Origin: Mobula birostris
Lineage: Eukaryota
NCBI RefSeq assembly: GCF_030028105.1
Contig: NC_092381.1
Span: 50,327,310 to 50,391,309 of the forward strand
DNA: 64,000 nt
Direction: 5' to 3'
How positions within the stretch are numbered: position 1 is the first letter of the stretch; every line of letters starts with the position of its first letter. Below the pieces are notes generated by a model, which was given only the letters and a program-made list of their open reading frames with translations, was not told the DNA's origin and ran no database searches. The position numbers and the translations under genes are program-made. Below are positions 13,045 through 26,523 of the stretch, in pieces.

Positions 13045-13460
13045 AACACCATAAGAGCAGATTTAGTCCACATGGCTCATCGGGTATGCTCTGCTATTCC
13101 ATCATGGCTGATTTATTAACCCTCTCAACCCTATTCTCCTGTCTTCTCCCCATAACCTTTGAGGCCCTGACTAATCAAGGACCTATCACCCTTCATTTTA
13201 AATAAACTCAATGACTTGGCCTCCTCAGCCATCTGCGCCAGTGAATTTCAATGAAATTCCTTCTCATCTCTGCTGTAAATTGACATCCCTCTATTCTGAG
13301 GTTGTGCCCTCTGGTCCTAGACACACCCACTATCAGAAACATTCTCTCCACATCCAGTCCACTGAGGCCCTTCAATATTCAATAAGTTTTAATGAGATCC
13401 CACACTTTAATCTAAGCTCCAGCAAGTACTGGTCCAGAACCACCAAGTGCTCTAATGTTA
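13045..13460 (-). mobile_element. CR1 3' fragment
   Basis: ccataagagcaga...ccctctcaaccctattctcctgtcttctccccataacctttga...gtgccctctggtcctaga. Confidence 0.85.
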
Positions 13461-13559
13461 ACAAATTCTTTCCTCAGTAAGGCTTCTGAAGCAGCCAACC
13501 AAAGGTGTTATTGTCTTTTTTAAACATACTTTTTATGATCACATGATCCTGCTGGATTT

Positions 13560-14164
13560 TAAGAACTTAGAAGTAGATGCAGGTCTACCCCATCAAAGAG
13601 TAGCTTGTCAGCAGAAAACTGAAGAAGCTGTATTTGTTACGGACCGTGACGCTGCCTGTAACAGAGAGGCATCAGAGTTGGTGCATGGAGGAGGTATGTA
13701 GTCTAACAGCAAGTGATCATCTTAGTCACTTTTCTTGTGATCAGAAATCCTTGTTGACCATTGTTAATGTGGAATGCTGCAAGTCTGACTTACTGGTTTA
13801 TTGATGGACGTTGGGGGAGCTGCGTGGACTCAGTCGTGGCGAGGTGTTGCTGTTTGCAGCTGCCCGGGGTAGGTATCAGAGTTGGGCACTGCATTGGAGA
13901 GCTGGAGACAGTGTGGCATATCGCCCATGCTGGAGTTGGTACTTTTCCCCAGAGTTCGCTCAGCAGAAGACAAGCTGTATTGTGTTTGATTGCAGACTGC
14001 TGCAACATTCATGGACTCAGGGACTATGTTTTTCTTGTGTGCCTGTATTTTACTGGTCTCTTAAATATGCTATATGTGCCTTGGAGGAACTGTGTTTTGG
14101 AATAACGCTGTCTCGTTTTGCTGTATTCATGTATGGTTGAATGACAATTAAACTTGAATTTGAA
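13560..14164 (+). mobile_element. Non-autonomous retroelement with Rex1-like 3' end
   Basis: No coding motif; ends atgacaattaaacttgaatttgaa; 5' boundary uncertain. Confidence 0.5.
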
Positions 14165-14680
14165 CCCAAAAACTGCTCACAGTACTCCAGGTGATGTCTG
14201 ACCAATGCTTATAAAGCCTCTGCATTACATCTTTGCTTTTATATTCCAGTCCACTCAAAATGAATGCAAACATTGCATTTGCCTTCCTTCGTATGTCCCA
14301 ACCTGCAAGGTAACCTTCAGGGAATCCTGCATTAGGATTCCTAAGTCCCTCTGCAATCTGAGTTTGAAATTTTCTCTCCATTTAGAAAATAACCTATGCT
14401 TTTATTCCTTCTACCAAAATGCATGACCATACACTGTACTCCATTTGCCATTTATTTTGCCCATTATCCTGTCTGTCCTGGTCCTTCTGCCTACTCCCTA
14501 CTTCCTAACACTAACCTCCCCCTCCACCTCTCTTTGTATCATCTGAAACCTTGGCTATAAAGCCATCAATTCTGTCATCCAAATTATTGACATAAAACAT
14601 GAAAAGGCGTGGTCCCAACACTGAGCCATGTGAGACACCACTATCCACTAGCAGCCAAACAGAAAAGGCCCCTTTTACCT
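14165..14680 (-). mobile_element. CR1 RT-region fragment
   Basis: ORF 14148-14381 contains RKANAMFAFILSGLEYKSKDVMQRLYK. Confidence 0.85.
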
Positions 14681-14689
14681 ACTGACTGT

Positions 14690-14940
14690 TTTCTCATATA
14701 GATCTCTTTTTCTTCAACCCTTTACATTTTCCACCTATTCCCCACTAGCTTCTTACATCATCCCTCTCTCCACCCTCCCCACCTTCCTAAACTGCTCCCT
14801 CACCTGGATTCACCTGCCAGCTCATGTTCTTCCTTTTATTCAGGTTTTTGCCCTTCTTATTTCCAGTCCTGATGAAGGGTCCCAGCACAAAATGTCAATT
14901 GTTCACTTCCCTCAATGGATGCTGCCTTTCCTGCTGAGTT
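14690..14940 (+). mobile_element. Penelope-like terminal repeat, interrupted by CR1 and resuming near 15577-15597
   Basis: cagtcctgatgaagggtcccagcacaaaatgtc (decayed hammerhead) ...cctgctgagtt | CR1 | ttcctccagtgtgtgtt. Confidence 0.8.
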
Positions 14941-15570
14941 AGAACATAGAACATAGAACATAGAATAATACAGCACAGTACAGGCCCTTTGGCCCACAAT
15001 GTTGTGCCGACCTTCAAACCCTGCCTCCCATATAAGCCCCCAACTTAGATTCCTCCATATACCTGTCTAGTAGTCTCTTAAACTTCACTAGTGTATCTGC
15101 CTCCACCACTGACTCAGGCAGTGCATTCCACGTACCAACCACTCTCTGAGTAAAAAACCTTCCTCTAATATCCCCCTTGAACTTCCCACCCCTTACCTTA
15201 AAGCCATGTCCTCTTGTATTGAGCAGTGGTGCCCTGGGGAAGAGGCGCTGGCTATCCACTCTATCTATTCCTCTTATTATCTTGTACACCTCTATCATGT
15301 CTCCTCTTATCCTCCTTCTCTCCAAAGAGTAAAGCCCTAGCTCCCTTAATCTCTGATCATAATGTATACTTTCTAAACCAGGCACCATCCTGGTAAATCT
15401 CCTCTGTACCCTTTCCAATGCTTCCACATCCTCCCATAGTGAGGTGACCAGAACTGGACACAGTACTCCAAGTGTGGCCTAACCAGGGTTTTATAGAGCT
15501 GCATCATTACATCGCGACTCTTAAACTCTATCCCTCGACTTATGAAAGCTAACACCCCATAAGCTTTCTT
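14941..15570 (-). mobile_element. Young 5'-truncated CR1
   Basis: ORFs 15373-15555 and 15014-15427 (LVRPHLEYCVQFWSP; LERVQRRFTRM...FFTQRVV) joined by one frameshift; (agaacat)n tail at 14941. Confidence 0.95.
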
Positions 15571-16489
15571 ATGGGGTTCCTCCAGTGTGTGTTACTATTT
15601 TGTATTCTGAGCTCTGTTTGAGATGGAATGACTATTTAGGCAGCCAAGTGGTGCTTTCATCTGCAGAATATGTAACCTTCTGACTCCTAGATCATTGTAA
15701 ACTAGATATTCCTTTAAATGTATCAGTATTAATCAATTTCAAAAACTTTCTGACTTCTCCACACCAGTAGAGCACAACATATACTGTAATTACATTGAAA
15801 ATATTATGTGAAAATAATAAAAATCATTAGCTCTGTTAGATAACCCATTCTTTAAGTTCAGAGCCAATTTAAAGAATTCCCTTCTCTCTATTGCATTGAT
15901 ACCAAACATTCCTGTATTTTGTTTTTAGTGAAGCTTGCTCCTTTGGCTAATATCATTGAGTAGATTTCTCTTTCTCATAAGATTGAATTTAATAGTTTAA
16001 ATCATGCCGATTACCCTTTCCTTCACCATATAAACACACAGGGACTAAATTCTCCCATCTATAAAAATAGTTTGAATTCCCTCATTCACTTTTCTTAGCT
16101 CATAAATTTATTCAAGTTATGATTTCATAACATATGTTCTTTCTTTCTTTGAATACTTTCCAGTTTTTGACACTTCATAAAAGAAAAGGCCAATAATAAA
16201 CCCAGTTTCAAAAGCAGTTGTTTATGAAAATTGTAGCAGCTACACATATCAGTTTTTATTTCTAAGAGGAACATTAAACAAAAAATACAACAACTAATCT
16301 TGTCTTACACAAACTAGAAAACCCAATAATACAGAGGAAAAGAAAACGCATTTCACCTGTGAGTGATTTACAATTTTTGTATACTAAGCATTTTATATCT
16401 TCTGCAAAGTAAGCATTAGGTACATAGGTTTTGAAGAACAAGCAGTGCAAAAGCCCTGATCATCTCTTCAGTTTTGCTCTGGGAGTTAC

Positions 16490-17925
16490 ATAAGTACAAA
16501 GTAAATTTGTTACCGAAGTACATATATGATACCATATACAACCCTGAGATTCATTATCTTGTGGGTATTCACAGAGAATACAAGAAACACAATACAATCA
16601 GTGAAAGACATCCCAAGCGGGATGGGCAAACAACCAACGTACAGAAGATAATAAACTGCAAATACAAAAAAGAAAATCATAATAATAAATAAGCAATAGA
16701 TAGCAAGAACAAGACATGAAGAGTCCTTGAAATTGAGTCCATAGGTTGTGGGAACAGTTCAGTGATGGGGCAAGTGAAATTAAATGAAGCAATCCCCTCA
16801 TGTTCCAGAGCCTGATGGTTGAAGGGTAATCACTGCCCCCGAACCTGGTGGTGTAAGTCCCGAGGCCCCTGCACCTTCTTCCTGATGGCAGCAAAAAAAA
16901 AGAGAGCATGGTCTGGATGGTGGGGGCCCTTGATGATGGATGCTGCTTTCCTGTGACAGTGCTCTGGGTAAATATGTTCAATGGTGGGGAGGGCTTTACC
17001 TGTGATGGACTGCATTGTATGCACTACCCTTTGTAGGCTTTTCTGTTCAAGGGCATTCATGCTTCCAAACCAAGCCATGATGAAATCTCTCAACATACTC
17101 TCCACCACACATCTATAGAGGTTTGTCAAAGTTTTAGATGACATGCCGAATCTTCACAAACTTCTAAGAAAGTAGAGGCACTGCCATGCTTTTCTCATAA
17201 TGACACTTACAAGCTAGACCCAGGACAGATCCTCTGAAATGATAATGCCAGGGAATTTAAAGTTGATGACCTTTGCACCCTTAATCCCCTGATGGGAACT
17301 GGCTCATGGATGTCTGGTTTCCTCCTCCCGAAGTCAATAATCAGCTCCTTGGTTTTTCTGACATTGAGTTGTTGCTGCACCTCTCTCCATCCTACATGCT
17401 GATTTGTCACCACCTTTGATTCAGCCAACAATAGTGGTGTTGTCAGCAAAATTAAATATGGCATTGGACCTGTGCATAGCTCATAAGTCCCAGTCTTAAG
17501 TATAAAGTGAATAGAGCAGAGGGCTAACCATACAGTGGTGCATCTATACTGATTGATTTTGTGGAAGAGATACTGTTGCCAATCTAAACTAACTGGGATC
17601 TGCAAGTGAGGAAATCAGGGATCCAGTTACACAAGGAAATATTGAAGCCAGGGTCTTGAAGCTTATTGATTAGTGTTGAGGGGATGATAGTATTAAAATT
17701 GAGCTGTAGTGAATGACAAACATCCCGATATATGCATCTTCACTGGCCAGTTGTTCCAGGGTTGAGTGAAGAACCAATGAAGTGGCGTCTGCTGTTGACC
17801 TGTTATGATGGTAGGCAAATTGGAGTGAATCCAAGTCACTTCTCAGGCAGGAGTTGATATGTTTCATCACCAACCTCTCAAAGTGCTTCATCACAGTGGA
17901 TGTAAGTGCTACTGGACTATAGACA
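16490..17925 (-). mobile_element. Rex1/Babar LINE, 5'-truncated and degenerate
   Basis: MKHFERLVMKHINSCL..LDSLQFAY..NRSTADA; LNVRKTKELIIDF; LTNLYRCVVES; LLPSGRR; 3' UTR. Confidence 0.9.
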
Positions 17926-18371
17926 TTGATTCAGGTATGTAAAGCTGTCTGATTCCTGATTTAGTTCCAGGCTGAGTGACACTAGTTGTTCTGGCTACTA
18001 GTTGGAAATAAAATGTGGGAATGCTAGTTGAGGTCACTAAATGTAGTATCAAAATAGGAGGACTCAGATTATTAATTATACACAGGAAGAAGGCTTTGCT
18101 CCATCAAATCTTCACCTATTCATTGCAGAACAATCCAATTGGTTTTATTCCATTTATTTTTCTCCTACAGCCTATCCAAGTTCCTTTTGAAATTCCTGAA
18201 TAACTCTCTTTCCAAGCGCCTTTACAAACAGCAAGTTCCACTGGGAAGGTAACATTCCAATCACTGAATATATTCATGAAATCAAGTCAGGGATTGATTG
18301 CTTTTTACATGTTAAAGGAATCCAAGAACACAGGAATGGTGCAGGAAGGTAGCACTGAAGAAAAGGTCTAT

Positions 18372-19376
18372 TCAGAATTAGAATCAGGTTTACTATTACC
18401 GGCATGTGATGTGAAATCCTTAATAATGGACGCTGCTTTTCTGAGACACCGCTCCCTAAAGATGTCCTGGGTACTTTGTAGGCTAGTGCCCAAGATGGAA
18501 CTGACTAGATTTACAACCTTCTGCAGCTTCTTTCAGTCCTGTGCAGAAACCCCTCCATACCAGACAGTGATGCAGCCTGTCAGAATGCTCTCCACAGTAC
18601 AACTATAGAAGTTTTTGAGTGTATTTGTTGACATGCCAAATCCCTTCAAGCCCCTAATGAAGTATAACCGCTGTCTTGCCTTCTTTATAACTACATCGAT
18701 ATGTTGGGACCAGGTTAGATCCTCAGAGATGTTGACACCCAGGAACTTGTAAATGCTCACTCTCTCCTATTCTGATCCCTCCATGAGGTTTGGTATGTGT
18801 TCCTTCATCTTACCATTCCTGAAGTCCACAATCAGCTCTTCCATCTTACTGACGTTGAGTGCCAGGTTGTTGCTGTGGCACCACTCTACTAGTTGGCATA
18901 TCTCACACCTGTACATTCTCTCATCACCACCTGAGATTCTACCAACAATGGTTGTATCATCAGCAAATTTATAGATGGTATTTGAGCTATAGCGAGCCAC
19001 ACAGTCATGTGTATACAGAGGGTAGAGCAGAGGGCTAAGCACACAGCCCTGAGGTGTGCCAGTGTTTATCGTCAGCGAGGAGGATATGTGATCACCAATC
19101 CACACAGACTGTGGTCTCCCGGTTAGGAAGTTGAGGATCCAATTGCAGAGGGAGGTTCAAAGGCCCAGGTTCTGCAACTTCTCGATCAGGATTGTGGGAA
19201 TGATGGTATTAAATGCTGAGATATAGTCGATGAACAGCATCCTGACTTAGGTGTTTGCATTATCCAGGTGGTCTAAAGCCATGTGAAGAGCCATTGAGAT
19301 TGCCTCTGCCATTGACCTATTGTGGCGATAGGCAAATTGCAATAGGTGCAGGTCCTTGCTGAGGCAGGAGTTCATG
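18372..19376 (-). mobile_element. Rex1/Babar LINE, RT core with internal deletion
   Basis: [13 protein letters not shown]...[10 protein letters not shown]; KKARQRLYFIR...FYSCTVESILTGCITVWYG; tail tcagaattagaatcag. Confidence 0.92.
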
Positions 19377-19399
19377 TTTCTATTTATTAAATTCTACTG

Positions 19400-20310
19400 T
19401 TCTATGGAGCCTTGGCAAAACTAAGATCAATGACCAGCAAGGGGCAAATAATCCAATGGCTGAGTCATACCTTGCCCAAAGGAAGATGACTTCTGGTTGT
19501 TGGAGGTTAATCATCCCAAAAGCAGAACATCTATGCCTGAGATCCTTAAGGCCATGGGCATAAGCCCTTTCAGCTACTTCAAAGGAGACCTTACTTCCAT
19601 CATAAGGTGGCAAGTAAAAAATTCACCACATAAATGCCAAGCAGGAACTTAAAATCTACCTTTGGATTTAATGGATTTCCCAACACCAGATCCCCTATCA
19701 TCAGCTAGCAGAAATTCAACTTAACTAACTACCTAAATAGTTGAATGTCAGAATCAGATGATGGGTATGCAATGTTATGTGATTCATTTCCTTACCTTCC
19801 AAGGTTGGTCCACCAGCTGCAAGTTACAAGTGCAAGATGAAATATTCTCTAATTGTTTGATTGTGTACCGATCTAACAATGCCTAAGCTCAACATTATTC
19901 AGACAAAATGACCTGCTTTATTATTACTTTATCATCCAACCTAGCATTCAATCTTTGCACAACCAATTCACCTTCATGTTTCCCATCAGCAATATGCATC
20001 ACAGTTATACCTAGCCTATTCTAAGAGCATTTCTTATGATCTTTGCCAAGATGGAAGACAAGGGTTACAGGTGTAGAGGATTACACCCACCGCAGTCTAC
20101 CCTCCATGGTACATACCATCCTGACTTGGAAATATATGGCCACACCTTCATCACCATAAAATCCAAATTCTGAAATATCCAATCCAGCATCATTATGGGA
20201 ATACATTTACCAGAAGAACGAATCAAGAATGTAGTTCATGGGCCAATAGGATTGTGTGGTAAATGCTGATTTTGTGAGTGATGCTCACAATATAAAGCAA
20301 TGAATAAGTA
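19400..20310 (+). mobile_element. Ancient CR1/L2-group LINE remnant
   Basis: Decayed text resembling elasmobranch LINE 3' halves (aagctcaacattattcagacaaa; accatcctgacttggaaatatat; gtgagtgatgctcaca). Confidence 0.5.
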
Positions 20311-23147
20311 GAAAATTGAGTGTATTCCATGAGGTCCCGACTAGAAGGGAGTATCCCATCTACATTCGTTTGATTGGAAAATCTTGCAGGCAACTGGGCT
20401 AAGTTTGCTTAGCAGCTTGCTAATTACACTACACTCATTGATAAAATCTAGTAATTCAACCCCAGTCAACAGCACAGAGCATATTATAATTGACATTCTG
20501 CCCTATTTCCAGCCTTCAGTTCCATGGAATCAAGTTTTAAAGGTAAGTACAATATGGAGCCTTTTGTGAACATAGATTACGCAATGAATTCCTTGGCAGC
20601 GTAATTCAGTATATTTCCCGTGAACCGTGGTGGAAGATCTCATCTATTTGAAAAATTATGTTATCCTCAGTCCTTATGTCATTATTCTATGCTGCTAATA
20701 CAGCACTTGTGTAAAACTCTATGCTTTTGTCTGCAACAATCTAAACATTTATTATTTACACCTTTTGATCATTACTCTGCATAATTAATTCAATGATTTT
20801 AAATATAGTGCTATTGATTGTTAAGAGACACTTAGAAACTTATGTGAAAACAAGAATTACTTAGATTAATAATACATTAATTTGTTGTACAATACTAACA
20901 GGGATAGACATGAAGTTAACTGTAATGATGGCATTCTTATAACGGCCCAGTATAGCTTCATACTTTTGGAATGTATAATTTAGCCTTTGCCAAAATCTGT
21001 CAGCAGTTAAATAATTAATGTAAGGGAGTGTCAATAAATCATTTTAGGAAAAAGAACAGCATGATTCTTTTTTTGTAATGATACAAAACATCAGAATGTT
21101 CGTACTTGTTATCTTGAGTTGAACTGCCTTCCTTTGTAGTAACATTGAAATGTTCAGCTATTTTCATCATCTCATTCATAACTGTGAAAGGGCAGACTAA
21201 ATATACCAATTGCTAATGGAATTTAATTTCTGTTTGATTAGACCAAAGGGCAAATTTGCTGAAATTAAATTTTCAAGTTATAAAGTTGAGTTTTCTGCTT
21301 GCCAAAGATATTTTTGGAATCAACGAAACAGAAGTCTCTATGTATTCCATACAATATTTTGCCTATTTTGTTACTTCCCACAGCTCATTTCCAAAGAAGT
21401 TCAATCTCTGTCTCTTATGATCTAATATTCTGCACGATGCTCCAAATGCGCAATAAATGTGGAATTGCATCATCTTATGCGTGAGTGGTGAGTAGCTGTG
21501 GATTGTTTCAGGAAATGCCCATTTAAATTTAGCATTGCAACATAAAATGAGCAGAAATGATGACATTTCATTCTCGGTAAAAGCCATTTTCAATCAAATA
21601 CTACAGGAAAAGAAATAGTATTACATGGCAGAGTCTCCGGACCAGTTGCTCACTTTATCAATATCAGGCGCTAGTAGTCTACTTAAAACTCAGAAGTATG
21701 GCTATACTGCATGATAAGAAAATAAATGTCATGCCCGAACCCTCTGTCTGTGCATGTGTGTGTGCACATGTCTGAGTGTGTGGGTGAGCCAAAGGAAGTA
21801 TGGAGAGATCTGTTTTATTGAAATGTTACGGATAATCAACTGTAAAATAAGTGGCATATTAATTAGTGCTTAATAATTTTATAATGCATTGGGTGAAAAC
21901 GTTTTCAGAGGCCAGCTGAATACATGATCACCTTCTTTTTTTGTACTTTTTTCCCATTCAGGTTGTACAGCTTCCTCAACGTTCAACTAGAGATAATGAT
22001 CTCAATTTCAAATTCATGAGCGGCGCCATGCAAGATCTACTAGTATAAATCATAAATAGCCCGAAAGACCAGGTTTTTTCTTTGTCCTTTACCACACTTG
22101 ATAATTGGTCCTTTCATATTAATGAGAAATTGCTGCATGTATATTGAAAGGAAAATTCAGGCAAGATCAATAAATAAGAAAGATAACATTATTTAGAACA
22201 GTCGGAAACTATTTTCAGCCGTCGGTCTTGTACATATTCTCATCAGGCTTGCATCAACTTATCATTCACCAGTTCCTAATAAAGGGCTATGTAAAGGGAA
22301 CTCTGTTGATTGAAGCCTCCCGACAGTCCACACCACAGAACCCATTGTTCATTTCCTATATAAAAAGTAAAACTGAATGGATTATCATGCAGGAAATCAC
22401 AATGATGCAGGTGAATGAATATTTTTAAACCAATCACATTCTTCAGCAGAAGTGTGAATTTCTATCTCATTGAATCTTTTGGCATATTAATGTCAGCTTT
22501 AATCTAGGCTCCATTTGTGAATGTCACAATGGTTCATCACATTATTTTCTACCGTAGTCATTATTAGGCAAGTAATTTTTTCAGAGTGTATATGCATGCA
22601 ATGGCTCATCTTGAGGTTGGTACCCTTCTTAACACTTCATTGACAGAACTTTGCAGGCTAATATTTGCCAATGACAGCATGTTTTGCATCAGAATCCCAC
22701 TAGCCCCATTGCTCTCATTCTCTCCAACATATGCCCCTCAACTGCCCTTTGTTTCTTTTAGGCATTAATCTACTTTAAGGAATAATCTTAAAAAGAGGAC
22801 AAAATTCGGTTAGGAGAATTAAGACAATATTGATGCTGCTCCCTAACAGTATTGAGTTGCTTACATAATTCATTTAACATCGGCATGATATAAAATACTG
22901 CTTATGACAGAGCAGTATAATGATAATGATATAATGAATTATGTAAGAAACACAATATTTTCAGGCAGCAGCTTCAATATTGACTATGTTCGGCACAACC
23001 AGGATTTCCATTAATTTTTGTGCTAGCTTTCAAAGATATTGCTAGATATAGGCTTCATCCACAAAAATGATCATTCTTCCAGATTAAATTAATTACCGAT
23101 GGGACTAGAGAACGAAAGTGAGGGTGACCATAACAGACTCAGCACCT

Positions 23148-23725
23148 CTTGTACTTAACAAAGTAGCCACTGAGTGTATGTTTGTGGTCTGCCTCTGCAG
23201 CCCTTCCACTTCAACGTTTAATGTGTTGTGCATGCAGAGATGCTCTTCTCCACACCACTGTTGTTATTTGTGTAACTGTCACCTTCCTATCAACTTGAAC
23301 CAGTCTAGCCATTGTCCTCTGACGTCCCTCATTAACAATACATTTTCGCCCACAGAATTACTGTCAATTGGCACACATAAAATGCTGGAGGAACTCAGCA
23401 GGCCACCGGCATCAATGGCAAAAGTACAGTTGATATTTCGGGCCGAGACCCTTCAGCAGGACTGGAGAAAAAATAAGAAGATGCCATTTGGATGTTTCTT
23501 GTTTTTTACACCATTCTCTGTCAGCTCGAGAGACTGTTCTGCATGAAAACCACAAGATATCACCAGTTCCTTAGATACTCAAACTAACCCGTCTGGCATG
23601 AACAATCATCTTACAACTGAAGTCACATAAAGCACATTTCTTCTCCATCTGTTGTTTTGTCTGAACAACAACTAACCCCCTTGACTATGTCTGCATGCTT
23701 TTATGCATTGAGTTGCTATATATAG
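23148..23725 (-). mobile_element. Non-autonomous Tc1-like element with Penelope fragment inserted (about 23372-23478)
   Basis: aaagtagccactgagtgta and the body are the reverse complement of 60679-61167; the insert carries ctgctga-a-gggtctcggccc-gaaa. Confidence 0.8.
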
Positions 23726-25433
23726 TTGTAAACTGAAGATTTTCTATTGTATTTGAAAAGCACATAAAAGTTCAGCATGGTTTTACATGAGGGAACTTTT
23801 TAGAACCTGTGATATAAATTTTGTGATCCTGTTGAATTTTTTTAAACAGCTTTAGGAAGGTTGTCAACTTCACGGCAAAAGAAGAACACAGATGAATTTC
23901 TTGGTCAGAGTTTGAAATATATTGTCCAATTGTGCTGGTTCATGCATCCAGTAATGTAGAAATACATTTGGGCAGAAGCCTGGTATGGGGTCAGGTTTGA
24001 ATCTTTTTCAAACTAGGTCCAAATTTGAGTGCAATTTGAGCTAGAACCACTAAGTGCACCCAAAGCATAACAAAATGTACTTCAAGGAAAACATGGTGAG
24101 AACACATAGCTAAGTACCTGGGATGAATTAACTAAAAATGCTGAATACAGTTCTAAGTAATAAAGAAAACTAATTTTTGCAAGAATGCATCCAACATGTG
24201 GCAACGGTCAAAGAGCAGAATTGTTCCCTAGTCAGTCAGTTATACAGGAAGTCCATGGCATCAAAGAAGAGGGTAAATATCATCTACTATCTGGAAAATG
24301 AAGAGGCCACATAAACGACCTCCTATTGATCTAGAAGATTAATTTTCCATATGTATATAATATACTGTATAGTAAACACATGTATCTCATTTCATATTTA
24401 GCAATACATATTGTAAAACATCTGTATTCATTTGTGAAGTTCATTTGTATTCTATAGACTTGAATAAACATTTGAGTGAAAGTCTAATGAAGTATGTTTG
24501 TAGATGTAGAGGACATCTAGAAAAAGATCTTTCTTTTTTCAATCTTTTTATTGTTTTAAAAAAGTGTGTATACATCAGGAGGAGAATATCTCTGGTATAT
24601 ATGTCAATAACAGTACATACAGAGGTAAAATAAACTATCAGAATCACACATAGTGTTGATCTACAAAGTATAAATTTGAAATAGAATGTAATGCAGGAAA
24701 AAAAGAATGTAGTTCATTCTCCTCTTATCAATTTATGAAGAAAGGGAGGACTATTAGAAATTTTTATATAAAAAAAGTAAAAAACACTATTCTAAACAGA
24801 AAAAAAAAACGACTGGGCAGTCCATCCTGAGAGAAAAACCAGGAGAAGTGAGACTCTTTGATCAAATCCAAGGTTCTGAAAGAACAGCTGGAAGAGAATC
24901 AGTACAAAAATCAGATCATATGAAAATATTGAATAAAAGGTTGCCAGATTTCTTCAAATTTAAAGGATGTATCCAATGTCCGACTTCTTATTTTCTCTAG
25001 ACTCAAACAGGACATGATAGAGGAAAGCCAATAAAAGGCAGTAGGAGGGTTAGGGTCCTTCCATTTAAGTGATATGGCTTTCCTAGCCAATAAGGTTGAA
25101 AAGGCTATCATCCATTGAGCGGAAGCAGGAGTATATCCTGCTTCCAATGGAATAATCTCAAAAATAAGCTGTAAATCCAGATCCAGCACTTTTGATAAGG
25201 TTTTAAAAACATCTTTCCAAAAATTCTCCAACTTTATGCAAGACCAAAACATGTGAGTTAAAGTGGCCACCTGAGTATTACATCTATCACAAATAGGATT
25301 AATATTAGGAAAAATACAGGCTAAATTATCTTTGACATATGTGCCTGATGCACTATCCTGAACTGTATCAAGGAATGACAGGCACAAGTAGATGAAGTAT
25401 CAACGAGATGAAAAATTTTACTCCATTGATTAT

Positions 25434-26523
25434 AGAAACATAGAAACATAGAAAATAGGTGCAGGAGTAGGCCATTCGGCCCTTCGAGCCTGCACCGCCA
25501 TTTATTATGATCATGGCTGATCATCCAACTCAGAACCCCGCCCCAGCCTTCCCTCCATACCCCCTGATCCCTGTAGCCACAAGGGCCATATCTAACTCCC
25601 TCTAAAATATAGCCAATGTACTGGCCTCAACTGTTTCCTGTGGCAGAGAATTCCACAGATTCACCACTCTCTGTGTGAAGAAGTTTTTCCTAATCTCGGT
25701 CCTAAAAGGCTTCCCCTTTATCCTCAAACTGTGACCCCTCGTTCTGGACTTCCCCAACCTCGGGAACAATCTTCCTGCATCTAGCCTGTCCAATCCCTTC
25801 AGGATTTTATACGTTTCAATCAGATCCCCCCTCAATCTTCTAAATTCCAACGAGTACAAGCCCAGTTCATCCAGTCTTTCTTCATATGAAAGTCCTGCCA
25901 TCCCAGGAATCAATCTGGTGAACCTTCTTTGTACTCCCTCTATGGCAAGGATGTCTTTCCTCAGATTAGGGGACCAAAACTGCACACAATACTCCAGGTG
26001 TGGTCTCACCAAGGCCTTGTACAACTGCAGTAGTACCTCCCTGCTCCTGTACTCGAATCCTCTCACTATAAATGCCAGCATACCATTCGCCTTTTTCACC
26101 GCCTGCTGTACCTGCATGCCCACTTTCAATGACTGGTGTATAATGACACCCAGGTCTCGTTGCACCTCCCCTTTTCCTAATCGGCCACCATTCAGATAAT
26201 AATCTGTTTCCTGTGTTTGTCACCAAAGTGGATAACTTCACATTTATCCACATTAAATTGCATCCGCCATGAATTTGCCCACTCACCCAACCTAGCCAAA
26301 TCACTCTGCATCCTCTTAGCATCCTCCTCACAGCTAACACTGCCACCCAGCTTCGTGTCATCCGCAAACTTGGAGAGGCTGCATTTAATTCCCTCATCCA
26401 AGTCATTAATATATATTGTAAACAACTGGGGTCCCAGCACTGAGCCTTGCGGTACCCCACTAGTCACCGCCTGCCATTCTGAAAAGGTCCCGTTTATTCC
26501 CACTCTTTGCTTCCTGTCTGCTA
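25434..26523 (-). mobile_element. Young CR1 inserted in L1 ORF2
   Basis: GVPQGSVLGP, KFADDTKL, LVRPHLEYC; (atagaaac)n tail; TSD attat at 25429-25433 and 26524-26528. Confidence 0.95.

Noticed and set aside
14941-14966. Short direct repeats (agaacat)n, also at 25434, 29103 and 63485, superficially CRISPR-like
   Set aside because: No spacers; these are the microsatellite 3' tails of CR1 elements
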